This document shows, piece by piece, positions 1 through 7,094 of a stretch of 29,543 nucleotides of DNA. The notes under the pieces are model-generated. The model was not told where the DNA came from and searched no databases. It worked only from the letters and a program-made list of their open reading frames with translations. Position 1 is the first letter of the stretch. The number at the start of each line of letters is the position of its first letter. The translations under genes were made by a program, and so were the position numbers. The stretch is from an uncultured archaeon (GTDB taxonomy: Archaea > Asgardarchaeota > Thorarchaeia > Thorarchaeales > Thorarchaeaceae), in contig CAZSWP010000011.1 of the NCBI GenBank assembly GCA_964610875.1, positions 1 to 29,543 on the forward strand, given 5' to 3'.

Positions 1-2
1 TC

Positions 3-272
3 ATCACCAGCCTGTTCACCTACTGGGCTCCAGAGGTCACTGACTCCTTCGACTTTTACACCGCACAGTATCCAGACGCCAGAGCCTTTGTGGACGCTAT
101 CCTTCCCACCCTTGCCCCTGACTTCTGTGCAGAATATTATGGCAAGGCGTCGGTATATCGAGGTTACTCTCTTGACCACTCTCAAATATATGATGGGAGA
201 AATATCAAAGAACAAAAAGGTGGTCAGGTCACAGGCTTACGTGGTAGTTCCCCGCTATCAGGGAAGTCCTGA
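3..272 (+). CDS. 3' end of an unidentified protein (partial, runs off the left edge); GC-richer than the rest of the window
   Basis: The frame of ORF 90..272 is open from base 3 (ITSLFTYWAPEVTDSFDFYTAQYPDARAFVDAILPTLAPDFCAEYYGK...). Codons are strongly C-ending and the first 120 bp are about 57% GC by hand count. Plus frame 1 and the antisense frame are also open, so the coding frame is uncertain. Confidence 0.35.
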   Translation: MTSLFTYWAPEVTDSFDFYTAQYPDARAFVDAILPTLAPDFCAEYYGKASVYRGYSLDHSQIYDGRNIKEQKGGQVTGLRGSSPLSGKS

Positions 273-537
273 CCGCTGAGGGGGGAGTTGTGTATTCCTC
301 GGATGTGGGAATTCCATCAGTCCTATGAGGGCATGTTCCGCTACCTGATATGAGATATCAGGTATTTACGAAAACTAGGCCCGCAACCTGACCTTTGCAA
401 TGAGTTACTAGAGCTTCCATTTAAGTTCATCCATCATATCTCTCAGCGGGAGTTGTGTAATGAGGGCATGTTACGAAAACTAGGCTCCGTATGCTCTGAC
501 CACAATTGGAGTATCTCTTACTTCCATTTAAGCCTGT
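231..537 (-). ncRNA. Putative structured non-coding RNA or mobile-element end with hairpin-separated 12-15 nt segments; unknown family
   Basis: Terminal IR 231-247/521-537 (14/17 match), inner IR 273-280/442-449, perfect 10-bp hairpin 342-364 and further hairpins. On the minus strand, TTTAAA at 557-562 lies upstream and a U-tract at 207-218 lies downstream. Strand is inferred. Confidence 0.5.
283..532. repeat. Split, colinear direct repeats A/B/C/D
   Basis: A gggagttgtgta 283-294=448-459; B atgagggcatgtt 325-337=460-472; C ttacgaaaactaggc 366-380=471-485; D cttccatttaag 414-425=521-532. All are exact matches. Confidence 0.95.
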
Positions 538-700
538 CTAATATTCAATTCATTGCTTTAAAAAACCAATTTTCTTCGTATTTTAGAGCATAATTCCATT
601 AAAGTAGAGTGTGTGAAATCACATAGATATCAAAAACACTGTCAAATAATTAACAATTGGCCTTTGATCTGATTGTATTTGATAATGACTTCAACTGTGC

Positions 701-747
701 AAACCTTAAATCTGTGATATGTTATCTAAACTTAGCGTACGGGAGGT
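701..747 (+). promoter_or_regulatory. Putative BRE/TATA (aaaccttaaa) and RBS (ggaggt) for the 754 gene
   Basis: aaaccttaaa at 701-710; ggaggt at 742-747, 6 nt before TTG at 754. Confidence 0.45.
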
Positions 748-753
748 CTATAT

Positions 754-2154
754 TTGGAAATACCAATTCTCTCCAATATCGTTGAAGGATTGAAAGTCTT
801 CTTCAAGACACGTAGATATGTTGCGTATCTGATTGTATTCGTCATCACTATTTTCTTGGCGCAGTATGTATCATGGCTCATATCTGGAACAATCGGAACC
901 AGCTTGGAACCAATTCTTGTTACATTCTTTGTGTACTTCGGTTCAGCAGGTACTATCTATTTCTTCTTGGGTACCTTGTTTACAGGTCTGAACTTGGACA
1001 GACTCTGGATAACAAGAAGAGGTAGAGGTCGAGTAAATGAACTCAAAGGAATTTCTTGGTTTGCAGTATCTGTTGCAATATCGGTCTTTCTTGGAGTATT
1101 GATCGGTGCACTTGCATTGTACTTCTTTGCTGTACTGTGTTGGCTGGGATGGATTGCATTTCAGGCATTTCTCTCTGCTAGAACTAGTCTTCGAGTAGCA
1201 TCGATAAAAGAACCAGTTAAAGGAGGTATTGCAATTGGAATCGGGAGCTTCATTATTTTGATTATTGGAATTGGAATCATTGCTGCGGAAGCACTTACTG
1301 CAATAGTGTTCATTCCAACGGATTTCTTAGGCATAAGAACTGCAATTGTATCAATTTTTCCTCAGGCTTGGAACAATCTACAGTACCAGCCAGAAGCAAT
1401 TCTTGTAGCTTATGGAATGATGGGATTATTTGCACTGGTTGCTTTGCTATCTTTCTTCAAATATGCAAACAGAGGCGCAGCTTTGAATATTGCTGTACTT
1501 GTTCTATTTGTGTCACTGTACGGTGGATATTTCCTTGTCAATGTACTGCGAAGAAATGGACCTCCGGGCATCACAGCTGTTGATGTGGGTATGTCATTGT
1601 TCTTCTTGATTTACGCTTTGAGTGGTATAGGTAGTACAATCACCTCCTCTGTTGAGGGTTCGAGAAGTCGCCTGCGTGACTTTGGTCCACTACTAACCTT
1701 CTTCCTAGCTAGTGGTTTCTTCTTTGTGGACAGTATTATTGCAATTACATCTAATCCAAACTCGATGCTTATCTCTTGGTTTGGTGGCGGTTGGGATGCA
1801 GCCACATTCAGTGCTTCAACTTGGATATTCCGAGATGTTGCCAAACTGACCGCATTTCCATTGACAGCAACTATTACTCTGTTATACTATCTTAAGACCG
1901 AACGGTTGGAACGAATTGTTGACAGGGCACGAGAGGAAGGCAGAACTTACGACCCTGACAAAGTAGATGATGACATTGACGAAGCAACACCAGATCCAGG
2001 TGAAACATGGGCTAGTGAAACTGGAGAGGGAGTGAAAGAAGGAAGACCTGGTCATGATCTATCAGCTCCTGACCCTGACAGATTAAGCGTGGGTTCTAGA
2101 CGTCGCTTAGGGAAACCAAAAAGATTTGGAGAAGAAGAGGAAGAAGATCAATAG
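754..2154 (+). CDS. Polytopic membrane protein (about 10-11 TM) with charged, acidic C-terminal tail; function unknown
   Basis: 466-aa ORF with many hydrophobic stretches and a good RBS; hydrophilic tail ends EEEEDQ. Confidence 0.85.
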   Translation: MEIPILSNIVEGLKVFFKTRRYVAYLIVFVITIFLAQYVSWLISGTIGTSLEPILVTFFVYFGSAGTIYFFLGTLFTGLNLDRLWITRRGRGRVNELKGISWFAVSVAISVFLGVLIGALALYFFAVLCWLGWIAFQAFLSARTSLRVASIKEPVKGGIAIGIGSFIILIIGIGIIAAEALTAIVFIPTDFLGIRTAIVSIFPQAWNNLQYQPEAILVAYGMMGLFALVALLSFFKYANRGAALNIAVLVLFVSLYGGYFLVNVLRRNGPPGITAVDVGMSLFFLIYALSGIGSTITSSVEGSRSRLRDFGPLLTFFLASGFFFVDSIIAITSNPNSMLISWFGGGWDAATFSASTWIFRDVAKLTAFPLTATITLLYYLKTERLERIVDRAREEGRTYDPDKVDDDIDEATPDPGETWASETGEGVKEGRPGHDLSAPDPDRLSVGSRRRLGKPKRFGEEEEEDQ

Positions 2155-2162
2155 ACTTGATT

Positions 2163-2183
2163 GGGGGGCAAAATCTGCTCCCC
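2163..2183. terminator. GC-rich hairpin between convergent genes
   Basis: ggggggca-aaatc-tgctcccc (8-bp stem with one G-U) in the 29-bp gap between the convergent stop codons. Confidence 0.45.
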
Positions 2184-2696
2184 TCAATCACTTTTTGTTA
2201 TAGTCTGTGTTTTTTGTGCAAATTGTAAAGTATCTATACTATGGATACAGTTGTCCACAATATTTTCAAAGTCTGTTAACAGAGATTTCATGCTTTTTTC
2301 ATAATCAGAACCACCATTTTGAATCTGTTCTAAGTCATTCATCATCTCTGATAACTGATGTATCTGATTCTTGATGCCCATTTGAATCATGTAATCGATG
2401 CCGCCCGTTAGTGTATACAAGACACGTTTTCGACCTCTGCCAGGTTGACCATAGTCTCTTACCCCATCGATTATTCCTGCTTCTTCCAGATTTGTGATGA
2501 TCAGTCCTGCGTTAGCTCTTGAATATCCAGTTAATTTACAGATGTCTTCAGAACTCAAACGTCGATTCTCTCTGTATCTCTCATGAATGAATGTGGAGAG
2601 TACTGGTGCGGTATTGGTTGATACTCCCATCCATCTTGCCAAACGTTCAAAAAGTCTAGTTAATGTATCAGTTGAAGAATTATTCATTTGCGACAT
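2184..2696 (-). CDS. Winged-HTH transcriptional regulator (GbsR/MarR/TrmB-like)
   Basis: LSSEDICKLTGYSRANAGLIITNLEEAGII helix-turn-helix, GRGRKRVLY wing, then a helical or coiled-coil C-terminus. Confidence 0.75.
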   Translation of the reverse strand: MSQMNNSSTDTLTRLFERLARWMGVSTNTAPVLSTFIHERYRENRRLSSEDICKLTGYSRANAGLIITNLEEAGIIDGVRDYGQPGRGRKRVLYTLTGGIDYMIQMGIKNQIHQLSEMMNDLEQIQNGGSDYEKSMKSLLTDFENIVDNCIHSIDTLQFAQKTQTITKSD

Positions 2697-2861
2697 GATT
2701 ATTGGATCCTTTCCTTCAGTTTATTAGAATCTATAGACACGGTCTAAGAAAATCAGACAATTAGAAACTATACATATGTTATGGTCTGCGTCACCTTCTA
2801 AGTTCTGAATTGTAGCTAGCTATTGCATATAGCTTTTTCCATAACATTTACGGAAGGATGT

Positions 2862-3236
2862 CTAAGCTTGCTGTTGTTTTCTGTAAATTCTGGTTCCTAT
2901 GTATAACCAAACAGGATAGATGGCAATCTGTATTGCAGCGAGTGTGTCAATCAGGCCTACGGTATTTGTAGATTCAAAGGAAAATAGACCTGAATTGATC
3001 ATCATGTCCTTTCCTGATGTGGTATAGGGTTGGAATGGAGTCCAGAACCAATCCATCCACCACATATCAAGATACATCGATGTACTCATGAACATCATAG
3101 ATACTATAAAGAAAACTAGTAGCAAATTTCCTATTGGCAATTTTGTTTTCGTCTTCGCCCAATCACCAATTCTAAGAGATATATAGCCTAAGAACAACAA
3201 CAAAGGCGGATCCATTATGAATGTCATGATATCCAC
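2862..3236 (-). CDS. Small membrane protein (about 3 TM), hypothetical
   Basis: Hydrophobic segments; tightly coupled to the upstream small ORF (3-bp gap). Confidence 0.75.
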   Translation of the reverse strand: MDIMTFIMDPPLLLFLGYISLRIGDWAKTKTKLPIGNLLLVFFIVSMMFMSTSMYLDMWWMDWFWTPFQPYTTSGKDMMINSGLFSFESTNTVGLIDTLAAIQIAIYPVWLYIGTRIYRKQQQA

Positions 3237-3239
3237 TGG

Positions 3240-3395
3240 TTAGAGTAACATAACTAAGGTCATTATGAATGTGACTATAATACTTACTAACGCACAGTTG
3301 ACACATGCGCCATCTTGAATTTGCTTTTTATCTCGCTCACTCAATTTTTGTGACTCAACTACATCTTGTTCTTCCTTGTCTGTTTCGTCAGTCAT
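3240..3395 (-). CDS. Small single-TM protein (51 aa) with acidic N-terminus and CxxC before the TM
   Basis: ATG at 3395 preceded by aggag; MTDETDKEEQ...GACVNCALVSIIVTFIMTLVMLL. Confidence 0.6.
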   Translation of the reverse strand: MTDETDKEEQDVVESQKLSERDKKQIQDGACVNCALVSIIVTFIMTLVMLL

Positions 3396-3451
3396 TCTCA
3401 GTACTCTCCTTATTTGAAAAGTGCATACTGCCGTATTAAAGCTACGCAATA

Positions 3452-3928
3452 CTAATTCAGCATCAGCTCCAATTCTAATTCATCAGAAATTGGAATAGCA
3501 TGTTTTCCAATTCTAGGGATGCTTGGCTTGATTTTCCGTGATGCATCAATTGCTCCCCTATGAATTGCCACTAGTGAAAAACCTCGTTTCTGATAGAACT
3601 TTAGAGCTTCAATGTTATCATTCGTAGTAATTAGCCAAATACGTTTCTTCTTTCTCATCTTTGCTTCTTCTATGACAGATTTCACCAATGAAGTGCCTAT
3701 CCCTAGATTTTCTTGAAAGCTATTCAATGTGACAATCTCAATCTCATTATTGTTTGAGTGAAATGTGATTAGTCCGAGCTTTTCGTTCTTCTCAAGTAGA
3801 ATAAAGCCTTCTAGGTTCTTTGGATAGTATATCTTCTCTCCAGAAACAACAAATACATCACCCCATTCTTGTTGGAAGACTTTTTGTATCCATACTAAAT
3901 CCTTTTGAGTAACTTTGGTAATACGCAT
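3452..3928 (-). CDS. GNAT family N-acetyltransferase
   Basis: Motif A (QENLGIGTSL) and motif B (TTNDNIEALKFYQKRGF). Start is ATG 3928 or 3940. Confidence 0.9.
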   Translation of the reverse strand: MRITKVTQKDLVWIQKVFQQEWGDVFVVSGEKIYYPKNLEGFILLEKNEKLGLITFHSNNNEIEIVTLNSFQENLGIGTSLVKSVIEEAKMRKKKRIWLITTNDNIEALKFYQKRGFSLVAIHRGAIDASRKIKPSIPRIGKHAIPISDELELELMLN

Positions 3929-4045
3929 AACTATCCACATTACTTGATACTAAAATCGCATATATGAGATTGCACTAAATGTTACCACATCTTGCTTAAA
4001 CCATATATTGTGGTATACAGTAATGATGGAAAAACGTATTCAAAG

Positions 4046-4561
4046 GTGGGAACCTCAATTTACAATTATGCTGAAGTGACAGTACGCCGTGCTGAGCTCC
4101 ACGAAGTTGACATAGTGAAGCAGATAATCAAAGAAGCGTATGCAACTGTGAGAAAACAATTGTCACGTCAGCCAGGTGCATTGAAAGAAGGATTGGATAA
4201 AATCGCTCGTTCAATACAAATGGGAACTCAATATGTAGCCTTAGTTGGTGATCATGTAGTGGGGGTTATGCGCGTCTCACTAAGAGGTACAACTGGTGTT
4301 ATTAGCAGGGTGGCTGTACGACCCAAATTCCGTGGTCGTCGGATTGGAACTACACTTGTCGAATATGGTGAGAACTTGCTGGTACATATGAATGCTCAGT
4401 TCATTGATATTGATGTTTATAACGCAATTGCAGAGCAGCAATCATTCTACGAGCAATTAGGTTATGAAGTAGTAGAAAAAACAAAACGTGAAGGCGAAGA
4501 AATCATTGTTATGAGAAAGAGCCTTGCTGATGAAGAAGTAATAGAAGAGGATGATTACTAA
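4046..4561 (+). CDS. GNAT family N-acetyltransferase
   Basis: VAVRPKFRGRRIGTTL acetyl-CoA motif and FYEQLGY. Start is uncertain (GTG 4046 chosen; ORF open from 3992). Confidence 0.88.
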   Translation: MGTSIYNYAEVTVRRAELHEVDIVKQIIKEAYATVRKQLSRQPGALKEGLDKIARSIQMGTQYVALVGDHVVGVMRVSLRGTTGVISRVAVRPKFRGRRIGTTLVEYGENLLVHMNAQFIDIDVYNAIAEQQSFYEQLGYEVVEKTKREGEEIIVMRKSLADEEVIEEDDY

Positions 4562-5652
4562 GGAATTATTTCACAGCCGTTATTGAATTCAGGATATCTA
4601 AGGTCATCCAGAGATATCATTCCTTTAGATACCGAATCTGCAATAATTGAACTTACACGCTCTAAATTTGAAATCAGGTGTTTTGTAATCTCACATATTT
4701 TTTCAAACCCTTCTTGACCCCAAAGCCGCTCCTTATTTGCAAAGAGACATCTTCCACCACAAATACCGTAGACTTCACAGGATGGACATGGTTCGTCAAC
4801 ATACATGATATTTTCTAGTTCAGCTGGTTCAGTTTCTCTGATATCACCAACAATTGAAAAACTCCAATCAGGCGAAATAGGACAGACCCCAATTTTACCG
4901 TTAACATGAATGGCAAATGTATCAAGTCCCGACCCACAACGTAGCTCTGATTCTTCCCCAGTAAGTAAGGTATACATCAGGGGCATAAAGGGGACAATAC
5001 CTGGAAGTTCACCTTTCTGAATTCTCTCTGCCCAATAATCAATTAATCTCTCAATCCCTGAAAGATAAGATGAAGAAACCCATCCATCGAAATCAGTCCA
5101 ATTATCATCAGCATCCCAGACGACATTAAGCTGCCAGTGTACATGGTCAAAAATAGGATTAGTATGTTCTAGGAGATGAAGAACATCTTGATATATATCC
5201 GTCTTTTGTGATACAGCCATTCTTGCAACAATATCTCCTACAAACCCAACATCTCGAAGCCATCTTACGCTATCTAAGACTCGATTGTACACACCCTTTG
5301 ATCTGTAACCATCTGTGATTTCTTCTCTTCCATCGATTGATACAAGGATTGAATGAAACTTCAAAATGTACTTGATAGGTATTTGTGGAATACATAATGC
5401 ATTTGTCTGAAGCATGAATCGCGCATCGGGAAATCTATCCATCATGGCTTTCATTAAATCTATGCGGAGAGTTGGTTCTCCTCCGTAGAATAACAGAGTA
5501 GTGAGGGTTCTATCCTTTTCAAGAAATCTAGCAAGTTCATCAAGGCTGTACTGTATCTCAGTGTTCTCGGTCTCTTCCCCGCCGTGACAATATGTACAGT
5601 TGAGATTACACTGTCTAGTTAGGATAAGATGATAGTTCATTCGTGGACTCAC
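4558..5652 (-). CDS. Radical SAM/SPASM-domain protein, TIGR04084 (AF0577)-like
   Basis: CNLNCTYC, FYGGEP, QTN and VSIDG; SPASM cysteines (CGSG...CP...CPSC...CGGRC...C); C-terminal NNGCEIIP. Start is 5652 or ATG 5640. Confidence 0.88.
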   Translation of the reverse strand: MSPRMNYHLILTRQCNLNCTYCHGGEETENTEIQYSLDELARFLEKDRTLTTLLFYGGEPTLRIDLMKAMMDRFPDARFMLQTNALCIPQIPIKYILKFHSILVSIDGREEITDGYRSKGVYNRVLDSVRWLRDVGFVGDIVARMAVSQKTDIYQDVLHLLEHTNPIFDHVHWQLNVVWDADDNWTDFDGWVSSSYLSGIERLIDYWAERIQKGELPGIVPFMPLMYTLLTGEESELRCGSGLDTFAIHVNGKIGVCPISPDWSFSIVGDIRETEPAELENIMYVDEPCPSCEVYGICGGRCLFANKERLWGQEGFEKICEITKHLISNLERVSSIIADSVSKGMISLDDLRYPEFNNGCEIIP

Positions 5653-5690
5653 TCAACACGAGAGAAACCCGCAGAACCTCAAGAATCCGA

Positions 5691-6698
5691 TTGACACATC
5701 ATGAGTCAGGAGATTCTACGAGTCACGCTTTTACATTCTGTTTTGTCCTAAGTACCTTTCTCTCTGGAGTTAAAACATCACATATTATATTTAAGTTGAT
5801 GAAGAGAATTAAACTAAGAAAACTAAAGCTGGAATTCAATATCATTCTAATTTTGAATTATATCAATCACATTGGATGATTTTATGAGATAAATTTGTTC
5901 ACCAAATTGGTTGATTTTGTTTGTTCTTTCAATCCTAGAAACTACCAACTTAACTCGGAATTCAAAACCATTCTCTAATTAATACGTATTCCATTTTCGT
6001 CTTATTCTTTTTCGTCTTATTCTTCTAAGGATATCAGTTAAAGATGGTCGATCATTTTCAGTAGGTACTAACTGATCAAACAAACCTGCACAATCGTCAA
6101 CTGCCCCAACATATGGTTCAGGTAATGGTTTGTCGCCCATTAATAATTTCCACATTCTTTGCCTTCCAGAATCGAATGGAATACTTTCGTGACCTTGCGT
6201 AGATTCATCACTATCAGTCCAATATGACTCTGGTAGTGATTTTATGAAATATTGAAAATCGCTTTTACATTCTCTCTCTACCTTAATCTCACCAATATTA
6301 TCCAAAACAATGAAGTATTCTAATTCACTATTTGAAAGAACTGAATTAGAAAGAGAAGTCTTTCTTACTATTGCTCTAGACATTATCAATTTTCAAACCA
6401 CCTAGGCCCCTATCTCAATATGATTCTACTCAAATGAAAGCATTTGTTGTTCCTGCAATCAGTGTCTTTCAAGTATATTATTACAATCCCCTTTTAGTAT
6501 CCGAGGATTGCGTACATTCCGTCATCGTTTATAAAGGGAATATTCTGCTTAAGATATATTTCTAGTCTGGAATGAAAGTGACTTAATAGAGGACATCCTT
6601 TTGGAAAAAGCTACTTTCTCTTTCCATAGTGTTTCTCTATCTCTTCGAATCTTGCTCGCAACTGTTTTATCTCAAGTTCAGTACTCATGATGTGTCAA
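5691..6698. repeat. Perfect 16-bp inverted repeat pair bounding about 1 kb
   Basis: ttgacacatcatgagt at 5691-5706 and actcatgatgtgtcaa at 6683-6698. Confidence 0.85.
5979..6389 (-). CDS. Hypothetical protein with Arg-rich C-terminus
   Basis: 136-aa ORF; aggtgg RBS about 8 nt upstream; ends RRIRRKRIRRKWNTY. Confidence 0.65.
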   Translation of the reverse strand: MIMSRAIVRKTSLSNSVLSNSELEYFIVLDNIGEIKVERECKSDFQYFIKSLPESYWTDSDESTQGHESIPFDSGRQRMWKLLMGDKPLPEPYVGAVDDCAGLFDQLVPTENDRPSLTDILRRIRRKRIRRKWNTY

Positions 6699-6721
6699 AA
6701 ATTGAGTACACGAATCATCAT

Positions 6722-6928
6722 TTAAGCCTTTAATGTAGAACCCACACTCAAAATCGGTTCCCCTTCGTAAAACATTATCTGTGAGTCTGGGTTTCTTGAA
6801 AGAAATTTTGCTAACTCATCTAGCGTATATGTTATCTCTGTACTCTCACCTGCTTCTTCTCCTCCGTGGCAGTACTCACAGTTGAGATTACATTTTCTTG
6901 TTAGAACCAAATGGTAGTTCATCCGCAT
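6722..6928 (-). pseudogene. Truncated 5' copy of the TIGR04084-like radical SAM gene
   Basis: MRMNYHLVLTRKCNLNCEYCHGGEE...LDELAKFL...FYEGEPIL aligns with residues about 4-62 of the 4558..5652 product, then stops. GGEP is changed to EGEP. Confidence 0.85.
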
Positions 6929-7094
6929 CTTCGCCTGATTATGGATTCTTTCTACCATTAGCATAAGCTTTATGTCTGCAGCTATTCGATTTTTCATTTC
7001 ACAAATCTTGTTTGAATTAAGAAGTTCGTTTATTAGAAGGGGTGAAACGTCAACCTTAAACATCTTCAATATTTGATGTTCTTGTGCCTTCAAG

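Noticed and set aside
96-125. Minus-strand VRGKGGKD resembling the tyrosine-recombinase Lys loop
   Set aside because: No upstream Arg box (TG.R..E) or other integrase motif; may be an antisense shadow.
231-247. DGR TR/VR pair (the three mismatches vs 521-537 are all at A)
   Set aside because: Only 17-18 bp long, inverted, and no RT is seen.
283-532. CRISPR array
   Set aside because: There is no conserved 25-40 bp repeat, the constant parts are short and each occurs only twice, and no cas genes are present.
231-537. SRP RNA, RNase P RNA, group II intron or C/D box sRNA
   Set aside because: Size and end pairing fit, but I found no SRP helix-8 GNRA motif, RNase P P4 consensus, intron domain V or canonical RUGAUGA box.
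2742-2834. Short palindromes upstream of the wHTH regulator (gtctaagaaaatcagac; agctat-n5-atagct)
   Set aside because: Possible operators, but too short and imperfect to support.
5643-5879. 78-aa plus-strand ORF
   Set aside because: AT-rich, overlaps the rSAM start and promoter region, and has no RBS or motif.
5726-6273. 14-bp direct repeat cgcttttacattct (5726-5739, 6260-6273)
   Set aside because: About one 14-mer match is expected by chance in 30 kb, and there is no flanking similarity.
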